64,000 nucleotides of DNA, taken from positions 3,136,001 to 3,200,000 of the forward strand of contig OY970303.1 in NCBI GenBank assembly GCA_963716255.1. Reading direction: 5' to 3'. Under the pieces are notes generated by a model that was not told where the DNA came from, searched no databases, and was given only the letters and a program-made list of their open reading frames with translations. Within the stretch, counting starts at the first letter, position 1, and each line of letters starts with the position of its first letter. Source of the stretch: an uncultured Gemmatimonadales bacterium (GTDB taxonomy: Bacteria > Gemmatimonadota > Gemmatimonadetes > Longimicrobiales > Longimicrobiaceae). Shown here piece by piece: positions 9,225 through 17,428 of the stretch. The position numbers and the translations under genes were made by a program.

Positions 9225-10172
9225 TCACCTCCCACCCGGCCGGCCCTGCCCCGGGGTCCAGGGCCGGCTTCCCGAGGGGTGGCGGGACCCCCGCCGCCCA
9301 TGGCCGCCGCCGGACCGCAGCTCCGCCACCAGCCGCCGCAGCCAGCGGTCCCGCATCTCCGGCTCCGCGGCGAGCGCCGCCGCGAAGCGCTCCCGCTCCG
9401 CCGCGTCCCGGCCGTGCTCGTACACCCGCACGGCGAGCCGCAGCGCCTCCAGGTTCTCCCGCTCGCGCGGCGGCTTCCGCATCTCCTCCCTCCCCCAGAC
9501 GAAGGGCGGGTTCCAGCGCGCCGCCTTGGCCTGCCGGTTTCCCAGGTAGTCCCACAGCTGCCAGGGCACGGCCACGCTCCGCAGCGCCCCCGGCCGGTAG
9601 GCCGCCGCCCACGCCACGTCCCGCGACCAGATCCAGTGCCGCGGCCGGTTCCCGTGGCGCGCGATGACGCCGACGAAGCGCAGGCGGCGGCGCACTGCGG
9701 CGGGATCCGCGCCGGTCTCCCCGGCCCAGCGGACGAGCAGCTCCTGGACGACGCCCAGCGTGCCCCCGGACGACACCAGGTCCACCACGACGACCGGCCG
9801 CGGGGCGGCGGCGACGGCGGCGGGATCGAGGCCCATCCGCCGGAGCTGCGCGCGCAGCGACGCGAGCCCGGCGTGCTCCAGGGTCTCGATCTCATCGGCC
9901 CGCCAGTTATAGACGGACAGGTTCAGCAGGGTGCGCCGCTCGCGCCAGGAGGTGTCCTCCAGCACCCCGGCCAGGTAGTCGTGGATGCTCTCCGGCGAGC
10001 GGCCCACGAAGACCAGCCTGCCGTCGCCCGCGCGCGCGACGACCCGCGCGCTGCACTCCCGCAGGTCGTCCAGGAACTCCGGGTACTGCTCCGCGGGCTC
10101 GCCCCTCAGCAGGGTGCCCAGCTGCGCGCGGCGGGACGGATCCCACCGGAACGGTCCATCAGAGGCGGTCAT
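9225..10172 (-). CDS. Hypothetical protein with PRTase-like PRPP-loop motif
   Basis: MTASDGPFRWDP start; VVVVDLVSSGGT resembles type I phosphoribosyltransferase motif. Confidence 0.55.
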   Translation of the reverse strand: MTASDGPFRWDPSRRAQLGTLLRGEPAEQYPEFLDDLRECSARVVARAGDGRLVFVGRSPESIHDYLAGVLEDTSWRERRTLLNLSVYNWRADEIETLEHAGLASLRAQLRRMGLDPAAVAAAPRPVVVVDLVSSGGTLGVVQELLVRWAGETGADPAAVRRRLRFVGVIARHGNRPRHWIWSRDVAWAAAYRPGALRSVAVPWQLWDYLGNRQAKAARWNPPFVWGREEMRKPPRERENLEALRLAVRVYEHGRDAAERERFAAALAAEPEMRDRWLRRLVAELRSGGGHGRRGSRHPSGSRPWTPGQGRPGGR

Positions 10173-10290
10173 GCGAGGGTCGTGGTCCTGTTCGGGCGTG
10201 ATTCGAACACCTGCGGGGCCCGGTGCCTCCAAGCATGCAGCGGCGGGCGACCCGTGCCCGCCGCGCGAACCCACGCGGAGGGCACGGGAC

Positions 10291-10392
10291 ATGGCCGACC
10301 GGAGCGCACGGACCCGGAAGTGGGTCGTCATCGGCTTCGCGGTGGCGGAGGCGCTGCTCCTGGGAGCCGTGCTCTTCCGGGCCCTCGGCTGA
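10291..10392 (+). CDS. Small single-TM protein (33 aa)
   Basis: GGAGG upstream; MADRSARTRKWVVIGFAVAEALLLGAVLFRALG. Confidence 0.45.
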   Translation: MADRSARTRKWVVIGFAVAEALLLGAVLFRALG

Positions 10393-10475
10393 CGATCCGG
10401 CGGAGCGGGCGGCACCGGCCCACCCGGTCCCGCGGCGCTCCGGCTCCGGACGCACACACGACGAAAGCGCATCCC

Positions 10476-11507
10476 ATGATCGCCGCTCACCGGTATCCCA
10501 GGATTCCCATCGCCGCCTTCGTGCTGCTCCTGGCGGCGATCTACGCCGCCGAGCTGCTCGTGGTGGGCCCACAGCTCCTGCCGACACGGCCGGAGCTCGG
10601 GGCGGGCGCCATCACCTTCGACCTGGTGGTCGCCGTTCCCGTGCTGTTCTACCTGCTCGTCGTCCGGACGATGCGGCTGCCCGCGGTCACGCTGGTTCCC
10701 GTCTTCCTGGGCAGCCTGTTCGGCGCGTCCCTGGTGCTCCCGGAGGAGCACCGCCGCTACCTGGACCTGCTGGGGCGCCTGGTCGTCCCCGCCGAGCTGC
10801 TGCTGCTCGGCTACCTGGGGCTCCGCGTCCGCCGTGGGGGCTCCGCGCCCGCCGACGGGCGCGGGGACCCGCTCGACCGGCTCCGGGCGACGCTGCGCCG
10901 GGTACTCCCCTCCCCGCTCGCCGCGGATGCCGTCGCGCACGAGGCCGCCATGCTCGGGTACGCGCTGCTGTCGTGGCGTGCCCGGCCGGACGTGCGGGAA
11001 GGCGAGCTGGGCTTCACCTCGCACCGTGGGAACGGCTACGGCGGGGTCCTCGCCGCGGCGGCCTTCATGGTGCTGATCGAGACGCTGGCCGTTCACCTGC
11101 TGGTGCAGCGCTGGAGCGCCACGGCCGCGTGGGTGCTGACCGCCCTCAGCCTGTACGGGCTGGTGTGGCTGCTGGGCTACTTCCAGGCCGTGCGGCTGCG
11201 GCCCGTGCTGCTCACGGCGGATGCGCTGCACGTGCGCATCGGGCTTCTCTGGAGCGTACGGGTGCCCTACGGCGACGTGGCGTCGCTGGGCGCGGCGGGA
11301 GCGGGTGCTCCCGCGCGCCGGGCCCCGGGGTACCTGCACGCGGTCACGCTCGGCCCGGCGCGGCTCCTGGTGGAGCTCCGCGAGCCGGTGCGCGTGGACG
11401 GCCTCTATGGATACGTCAAACAGGGCGTGCGCCGCATCGGCCTCGCCGTGGACGACCGGGAGCGCTTCCGGGCGGAGCTGGTGCGCCGCGTGGAAGCGGC
11501 GCGGTGA
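10476..11507 (+). CDS. Multi-pass membrane protein, unknown function
   Basis: Several hydrophobic helices, normal codon usage. Confidence 0.7.
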   Translation: MIAAHRYPRIPIAAFVLLLAAIYAAELLVVGPQLLPTRPELGAGAITFDLVVAVPVLFYLLVVRTMRLPAVTLVPVFLGSLFGASLVLPEEHRRYLDLLGRLVVPAELLLLGYLGLRVRRGGSAPADGRGDPLDRLRATLRRVLPSPLAADAVAHEAAMLGYALLSWRARPDVREGELGFTSHRGNGYGGVLAAAAFMVLIETLAVHLLVQRWSATAAWVLTALSLYGLVWLLGYFQAVRLRPVLLTADALHVRIGLLWSVRVPYGDVASLGAAGAGAPARRAPGYLHAVTLGPARLLVELREPVRVDGLYGYVKQGVRRIGLAVDDRERFRAELVRRVEAAR

Positions 11508-11546
11508 GCACCGGATCCAGGTAGAACGGCCTGGTACGACCGCTTT

Positions 11547-11675
11547 GGGCGTGCCCCCGGCTTTCGCCGGGGTCGGGCTTCGGCTCCGTAGCAGACGAAA
11601 CAACCGTCTGCAACGGAGTCGAGCCCCCGCAAACGGCCGCGGGGTCTCGCCCCTTCGGGCCGTAATCCCTCACGC
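11547..11675 (+). repeat. Family A structured repeat, copy 2
   Basis: Same scaffold as 7298..7430. Confidence 0.9.
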
Positions 11676-11799
11676 GAATGTGTGCCTGACTTCGACGTTC
11701 GCTGGCGCCCGGCTCACGCGGATTCCGTATGACCACTGCGCAGCCCGGCCGCCTGGACTCTCCCGCAGCCACGATCCACCCTCCCACGAGGCAACGACC

Positions 11800-12102
11800 A
11801 TGATCCATCCGGACCGGAACAACTCGCCCGTGCGCGCGGCGCTGGAGGAGGCGGACCGCCGCGAGCGCACCTCCCGCCGGGTGCTGTACGCGGCCGCGGC
11901 CGTGGAGGTGGTGCTCCTCGCGGCGGCGCTGCTGGTGATGGACTTCGGCGATGCCACCCATCTGCTGGTGCTGATCCTGGCGGTGCTCACCTACAGCACG
12001 CTGGCGCTGGGCATGGTGGCGATCGCCAGCCGCGCGAGCGCGGAGAACGCGCGGCTGCTGCACGCCATCCAGCTCCTGGACGAGCGGCGCGGGGACGCGT
12101 AG
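11800..12102 (+). CDS. Small 2-TM protein, possible partner of the adjacent ECF sigma factor
   Basis: Two hydrophobic helices; ends 9 nt before the sigma gene. Confidence 0.6.
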   Translation: MIHPDRNNSPVRAALEEADRRERTSRRVLYAAAAVEVVLLAAALLVMDFGDATHLLVLILAVLTYSTLALGMVAIASRASAENARLLHAIQLLDERRGDA

Positions 12103-12111
12103 CGCCGCCGG

Positions 12112-12684
12112 ATGCGCGACGTTCCCTCCCCGCCCGGGTCGAAGGCGCGCGAGACCGCCTGGCTGGTGCTGCGCGCGCAGGCCGGCGACCGCGCGGCGCT
12201 GGAGGCTCTGCTGGAGCACGCCCACGCGATGCTGCGGCCGTACGTCGCGGTGATGGTGCGCGACGGGGACGCGGCGGCGGACGTGCTCCAGGAGGTCCTG
12301 GTGCTCCTCTTCCGCAAGCTCCCGGCGCTGCGGGAGCCCCGCGCCTTCGCGTCGTGGGCGCGCCGCATCGCCAGCCGCGAGATCTTCCGCGCGCTGCGGA
12401 AGCTCCGGCACTACGAGCGCACGCACGACGAGCTGCCGCCCGACGTGCCGGCGGAGCCGGACCCGGAGCCCGCGGGTGAGGGGCTGCTGGCGCGCCTCCC
12501 CGCCCTGCTGGAGCGCGTCTCGCCGGCCAGCCGCGCGGTGGTGGCCCTGCACTACCTGGACGGGCTCACGCTGGACGAGACCGCGGCGGTGCTGGAGCTG
12601 CCCGCCGGCACCGTGAAGTCGCGCCTCGCCTACGGCCTGGCGACGCTCCGGCGGGTGCTCGCGGAGGAGGAAACCACACGGTGA
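12112..12684 (+). CDS. ECF RNA polymerase sigma factor
   Basis: Region 2 (AADVLQEV, FASWARRIA) and region 4 (ETAAVLELPAGTVKSRL). Confidence 0.92.
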   Translation: MRDVPSPPGSKARETAWLVLRAQAGDRAALEALLEHAHAMLRPYVAVMVRDGDAAADVLQEVLVLLFRKLPALREPRAFASWARRIASREIFRALRKLRHYERTHDELPPDVPAEPDPEPAGEGLLARLPALLERVSPASRAVVALHYLDGLTLDETAAVLELPAGTVKSRLAYGLATLRRVLAEEETTR

Positions 12685-12741
12685 GCGCCGCGCCGGGAAA
12701 GGGGTTTCGTTCGCAGGAAGCAGCGGCGGGCTCTGCCGCCT

Positions 12742-12889
12742 GCGTGAGGGATTTCGGCCCGAAGGGGCGAGACCCGGCGGGGCATCTCAGTTCAGAGGTG
12801 CTGCCGCCGGGGCTCGACTCCGTTGCAAACGGTAGTATCGTTTGCTACGGAGCCGAAGCCCGACCCCGGCGCCAGCCGGGGACGCGCCC
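12742..12889 (-). repeat. Family A structured repeat, copy 3 (one arm extended)
   Basis: Reverse-complement copy 26 nt downstream of the rtcB stop. Confidence 0.9.
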
Positions 12890-12915
12890 AAACCCTGCCG
12901 TTCACAGCCGTTCCG

Positions 12916-14181
12916 TCAGTCCTTGTACGGGTCGAACTCGTCGGCACCGGCCATGACGACGACGAGCGGCCGCAGCACGTGCAGCGTCTCCACGGTCGGG
13001 CCCTGCTCGGCCAGCACCCTGGGGAGGCGCCGGTACGCGTGGGGGCTCTCGTCCAGCCCGCCCCCGCGCAGCACCACGCCGCGGTCGGAGATCCACTCCT
13101 TCATCATCTCCGGCGTGACCCGCCCGGGGGTGATGACGCGCCCCGTCTTGCGGTGGCGCTTCCCGGCCGCCGCCGTGCGGGACATCACCCGCCCGGCGCC
13201 GTGCACGGTGGAGAAGAGCGCTTCCCGCTGCACGCGGACGGTGTCGGCGTCGGCGCTCTCGGCGGGGGTTCCCCGCACGATCACGGCGTCGTCGCCCATG
13301 GAGCCGCCGATGAAACCCTTCTGGCCGGGGAAGGCCGGCGTGGCGCCCTTGCGGACCACCACGTATTCCTGGCCGTCGTGCTCCTCCTTCCAGGCGAAGT
13401 TGTGGTGGTTGTGCACCAGCTCCACCTCGCTCGCGCCCAGGATGGAGACCACCTTGCGGGCCACCCACTCGCGCCCGGCGTAGGCGTAGCGCCCGGCCAG
13501 CTCCATCAGCTGCCAGTAGTCGTGCCCGGTCGGCGCCTCCAGGTCCAGGAGCACTTCCTTCTCAGGGACGCGCTCGCCCCAGTCGCGCCCCTGGCCCAGG
13601 GCGAGGAACCCGCTGGCGACGGTGTGCCCGAAGCCGCGCGAGCCGAAGTGCACCCCCACCCAGACGGTCCCCGTCTCGTCGGCGAACACGTCCACGTAGT
13701 GGTTCCCCGATCCCACGGTCCCCAGCTGCTTGCGCGCCTTTTCCCGCAGGTCGTCGCGGTAGCTCCCCCGGTTGGGGATGGCGTACCAGGCCGGGTCCTG
13801 GAAGAGCGGGTGGTCCGTGGGCGCGTCGTCCGCGCGGTTCTTGCGCCCGATCCCGAACGACACCGACGCGGCGATCTCGTCGGCGAGCTGGCGCACCTCG
13901 CGGCTCTGGGCAAAGCGGTGCGGGTTGCTCCGCGCCTCCGCCAGCGTCATCCCGCCGGAGATCTGCTCGATGGTGGCGTCGGTGCGGATCGCCGCGTTGC
14001 CGCAGGCGATGTCGAAGCCCACGCCCACCACGGAAACCCTGTCGCGGTACGCCGCGACGCCCCCGATGGGCATGACGTAACCGACGTGCCCGTCCGCCAT
14101 CAGGGCGACCCGCTCCGCCCGGGTAGCGACGTCCTGGAGCTGCCGGATGGTGTTCTCGTCGTGCTGTCCGAAGATCCGCAT
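12916..14181 (-). CDS. rtcB: RtcB family RNA ligase
   Basis: MADGHVGY..PIGG, VGFDIACG, LGTVGSGNHY, HFGSRGFG, HNHHN, VRKGAT, GSMG, HGAGR, DESPHAY. Confidence 0.95.
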   Translation of the reverse strand: MRIFGQHDENTIRQLQDVATRAERVALMADGHVGYVMPIGGVAAYRDRVSVVGVGFDIACGNAAIRTDATIEQISGGMTLAEARSNPHRFAQSREVRQLADEIAASVSFGIGRKNRADDAPTDHPLFQDPAWYAIPNRGSYRDDLREKARKQLGTVGSGNHYVDVFADETGTVWVGVHFGSRGFGHTVASGFLALGQGRDWGERVPEKEVLLDLEAPTGHDYWQLMELAGRYAYAGREWVARKVVSILGASEVELVHNHHNFAWKEEHDGQEYVVVRKGATPAFPGQKGFIGGSMGDDAVIVRGTPAESADADTVRVQREALFSTVHGAGRVMSRTAAAGKRHRKTGRVITPGRVTPEMMKEWISDRGVVLRGGGLDESPHAYRRLPRVLAEQGPTVETLHVLRPLVVVMAGADEFDPYKD

Positions 14182-14285
14182 GGTCCTCTCCTGGCGCGTG
14201 CCGCGCGCTCGTTCTCGATTGCGGGAGGCGGTGCCGGGCAAGCCCGGCGCCCCTCCCCTGCCCTTTTCCGGCCGCGCCCGCGGGC

Positions 14286-14600
14286 TCACTCCTCCCACGG
14301 GCTGCGGTCGGTGTCGCTCTCCTCCGCCAGCGACCGGTAGAACTCCCGGTCGGAGCGGCGCTGCTCGGCGGTGGACTCGAACACGCCGTGGACCTGCCCG
14401 CGCAGGACGCGGATGCGCGAGCCGGACAGGTCCCGGAAGACCAGCCAGCGCGGCGCGAAAAGCCGGTCCAGCGAGCGCTCCACCGCGCGCGCGGTCTCCG
14501 CCGTGACGTAGAAGGTGCCGAAGAGGCCGGAGACGACGAAGTAGTCGCCCTTCGGCCGGCGCTCCTCCGGCTCCCGCAGGTACGCGAGGATCCGGTTCAT
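14286..14600 (-). CDS. Hypothetical 104-aa protein between Ro60 and rtcB
   Basis: MNRILAYLREPEERRPKGDYFVVSG...SPWEE; co-oriented within the operon. Confidence 0.65.
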   Translation of the reverse strand: MNRILAYLREPEERRPKGDYFVVSGLFGTFYVTAETARAVERSLDRLFAPRWLVFRDLSGSRIRVLRGQVHGVFESTAEQRRSDREFYRSLAEESDTDRSPWEE

Positions 14601-14704
14601 CGTTCTCGTTCGGTAGAAGGGTGGGACCGCGACCCTCGTGCCGCGGCCCCGCTGCGGGCGGCTCCGCCGGGACGGACGCGGAGCCGGCGAGCCGGCCCGC
14701 GCCC

Positions 14705-16354
14705 CTACCGGGCGAAATCGCCGATCATCCGGGGCGCGGACGCGTCGAACCCGACCACGTCCAGCATCCCCCCGTCCTCCGGGTCCGCGATGCTGAACCC
14801 GTTGGACGCCATCCCGACGACCACCAGCTTCGCCGGGATCCCCATCCGCTCCCGGTACTCGCGGAGCGCCTGCACGGGGTGCACCTTCCCCGCCCAGGTC
14901 TCGCTGTCGGTGTAGACGACGAAGGTGTCGACCTTCCACCGGCCCCGGGCCGCTTCCAGCATGGGAAGTGCGCAGTCCGTCCCCCCGAAGGGGAGCTTGC
15001 CCATGCTCCGGACCACGTCGTCCAGCCGCTGCCGCGGGGAGATGGCGAGCGGGGTGAGCCCGCTGGTGAAGCCCGCGTGCATGGACGGGTACGATCCGGT
15101 GGTGAAGGCGACGAACCGGTGCTCCGGCTCGACCGCCGCGGTGACCAGCGCCATCGCCGCCGCACCCTCGCGGCAGGTCAGGTACTCCATCCCCAGGATC
15201 CGGGCGTCCATGGAGCCGGACACGTCCAGCGCCAGCAGCGTCCGCTTCCGGGAGGGCTCCACGGCCGCGAAGGCCAGGTAGAAGGCCGCGTCCAGCGCGT
15301 CCACCACCCGGGGGACGGGGGTCCAGCTCCCCTTTCCCTTCATCCCCCTGCCCTGCCCGTACGTCTTCAGCGCCGCGAGCAGCGCCACGGGGTGCACCCG
15401 CGCCCGGCGCAGCGCCTCCGGGTCGGTGAGGCGGGCGGCCACCGTCTTCGCCGCCTCGCTCATGGGCGCCAGTAGGCCCACGCCGCTCATCACCCCCAGG
15501 TTCCGCACCAGCGCGGTGAGGGGCATCTCCTCCAGCAGCGCCTCCCACACCACGGCCTCCCGAAGCAGCTCCGTGGGAAGCATCTCGCGGGTGAGCCGGT
15601 GCTCGCGCACCAGCTCCGCGGCGCGGGCGGGGGACACGCTCCCCGCGTGCAGCTCGTCGGTGGCCCGCAGCAGCCGGACCACGTCGGAATTCTCCAGCTC
15701 CGCGGGGACGTCGCCGGTGGCCCGCTTCGCCACGCGGTGGAACAGCACCGCCTGCTCCCCGGTGGCCGGCCGGGGGTGCGCCAGCCGGAGCGCGTCCCGG
15801 TGCGACCACCCGTCGCGGGACGGGTACTTGAGGAGCTGGTAGGCCAGCTCCCGGGCGGGGCGGGCGGTGTACCACGCCCCCACCGCCCGCCGCACCCCGC
15901 GTCCCCACCCCCGGAACGCCTGCACGTAGCGCAGCCAGTGGAAGAGGTGCGTCCCCGTCCGCGCCACCCGGGGGAGGGCGTCCAGCGCGGCGCGCCGGGT
16001 GGCCGGGTCGCCCAGCCCGGCCGCCATGGCCAGGACGAAGAGCGCGGGGTCGTTCTTGGGGGCGCGGCCGGAGGCGCTCACCTCCACCACCCTCCGGACC
16101 GTCCGCGGCCCGTTCTCGGCGAGGCAGTCGGCCGCGGCGGAGGCGTTCTCCAGCGTCAGCTCGCGTTCGCCCACGTGGAAGGTCCCGCCCTCGCTTCCCA
16201 GAACCAGGAAGCGGTCCAGCCGGGTCCAGCAGTCCACGGCCCAGGCGTACCCGCCCGCCGAGTTGGGCACCTGGGCGGTGCCGGGGATCGGCGCGTGCTG
16301 GGGGGTGCGCAGCCGGCGGAGGCGCGTGGCCACGTACCGGGTGAAGTCCATCAT
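14705..16354 (-). CDS. rsr: TROVE-domain protein (Ro60/Rsr ortholog) with C-terminal vWA
   Basis: NSAGGYAW, RFLVLGSEGGTF, KYPSRDGWSHRDALRLAHP, MPLTALVRNL, LDVSGSM, GGTDCALPM, YTDSET; AGGAGG RBS. Confidence 0.95.
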   Translation of the reverse strand: MMDFTRYVATRLRRLRTPQHAPIPGTAQVPNSAGGYAWAVDCWTRLDRFLVLGSEGGTFHVGERELTLENASAAADCLAENGPRTVRRVVEVSASGRAPKNDPALFVLAMAAGLGDPATRRAALDALPRVARTGTHLFHWLRYVQAFRGWGRGVRRAVGAWYTARPARELAYQLLKYPSRDGWSHRDALRLAHPRPATGEQAVLFHRVAKRATGDVPAELENSDVVRLLRATDELHAGSVSPARAAELVREHRLTREMLPTELLREAVVWEALLEEMPLTALVRNLGVMSGVGLLAPMSEAAKTVAARLTDPEALRRARVHPVALLAALKTYGQGRGMKGKGSWTPVPRVVDALDAAFYLAFAAVEPSRKRTLLALDVSGSMDARILGMEYLTCREGAAAMALVTAAVEPEHRFVAFTTGSYPSMHAGFTSGLTPLAISPRQRLDDVVRSMGKLPFGGTDCALPMLEAARGRWKVDTFVVYTDSETWAGKVHPVQALREYRERMGIPAKLVVVGMASNGFSIADPEDGGMLDVVGFDASAPRMIGDFAR

Positions 16355-16427
16355 CGTCGTTCGCCTCCTTTCCTGGGCGAAGTGTGGTGCCGGAAGCCGC
16401 CCCCGATCCGCGGCTCCGGCGGTGTGT

Positions 16428-16528
16428 GGCGCACGGGCGATCATGTCCGCTCGGCCCCTGGCGCGCCGTGTTCAAGGCCAGGATCCGGACTTTGGAGGCG
16501 ATCACCGAACGGGTCCGGCCCGTGCGCC
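16428..16528 (-). ncRNA. Candidate Y RNA (classical topology)
   Basis: 11-bp terminal stem GGCGCACGGGC/GCCCGUGCGCC, bulged C, second helix CCGUUCGGU/GCCGAGCGG; immediately upstream of Ro60. Confidence 0.7.
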
Positions 16529-16548
16529 GGAAAAACGGGTCGTGTACG

Positions 16549-16673
16549 TGGAGCCGGCGGGATTCGAACCCGCGACCTCTCGATCCCAAGTCGATCACCC
16601 TCCGCCGTCGGCCCGGGAGTCCCGGACGAGGAGTGGGGAGGGTTGTAGCGCTCTGCCCCTGAGCTACGGCCCC
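16549..16673 (-). ncRNA. tRNA-like RNA with a 53-nt Y-RNA-like insertion (permuted YrlA-type Y RNA candidate)
   Basis: Acceptor GGGGCCG/CGGCUCC-A, D arm GCUC/GAGC, loop CUUGGGA, T arm GCGGG-UUCGAAU-CCCGC; insert 16594..16646. Confidence 0.8.
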
Positions 16674-16844
16674 ATGCTTCCGTGCTGTGCTGCCCGCGTG
16701 GGTGGCGCGGCGGGACGCTCGGCCCTGGCACCGGGAGTCGCGTGTCCACGTGCTTCGGGCTCCGCGCCCGCCGGCCACCCTTCAACTGCCTGGCTGCTGC
16801 ATCGTCATCGTCGTCCGCCACCTCCCGCTGCTGGAGTGAGCCCG

Positions 16845-16887
16845 CAAACGAAAATCGCCCCACCCGGCGTGTGCGCGGGTGGGGCGA
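16845..16887 (-). terminator. Intrinsic terminator-like hairpin in the leader upstream of the Y RNA cluster
   Basis: 12-bp stem UCGCCCCACCCG/CGGGUGGGGCGA followed by UUUUCGUUUG on the minus strand. Confidence 0.6.
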
Positions 16888-17347
16888 CGGTGTCGCTCCC
16901 CGGTTGCGGAAGCGGTCACGCGCTCATGGCGCGAACCCTCCCGGAACTCCCACGCTGATGGTCCTCGTGCTCTTTCTGCCGCCGTGCCTCGGCAGGCGAA
17001 TGCCGCCGCGTCCGCAGCCGGACGGCGTACCGAAGTCGCTGCTGCGTCCGCCGAACGGGCGCACGTCCGCACCTCGCCGACCGGCGCACGCCGCCCACGC
17101 CACGGGAGACGCGGGGTTCGCGTCGTTCCGTGGATTGCCGGCGAGTCTGTCGAGCGTGCGTGACTGCATCGGTGCGGTGTCGTCGGTTCGGGGTGTGAGT
17201 GTGGCGGGACGGACCCGCCGGAAACGCAAAATCGCGCCGCCGATGTCCTCCCGCAGCCTTGGCTTCGGGGTCCACTCCGGGGCCCGTGGCGAGCACGGGA
17301 CCGTGGCGGACGGTGGAACATCGGGACGCGACTCCCTGAGGGCGAGG

Positions 17348-17376
17348 AGTGTAATCGCCCGCCGCACGGTTGTCAA
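17348..17376 (-). promoter_or_regulatory. Sigma70-type promoter facing the Y RNA/Ro60/RtcB locus
   Basis: TTGACA-17 nt-TACACT on the minus strand. Confidence 0.65.
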
Positions 17377-17428
17377 GGGGCTCCGCCGAAATGCCGTGCC
17401 AGGGGCGGGAAGGCGGCCCCGGCGGCCC

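Noticed and set aside
16549..16673. Ordinary tRNA-Pro or decayed tRNA pseudogene
   Set aside because: It has a 53-nt self-pairing insert, a non-Pro acceptor and fully intact arms, and sits next to Ro60; this fits a functional tRNA-like RNA better
16549..16673. tmRNA
   Set aside because: Shares G3:U70 but is far too short, has a full D stem and has no tag reading frame
14286..16778. 830-aa ORF spanning the Ro60 region
   Set aside because: Alternative-frame artefact; only the last 104 codons look like a real gene
16782..16808. 8-codon uORF MTMQQPGS with GGAGGT upstream
   Set aside because: Too short to support without conservation or ribosome data
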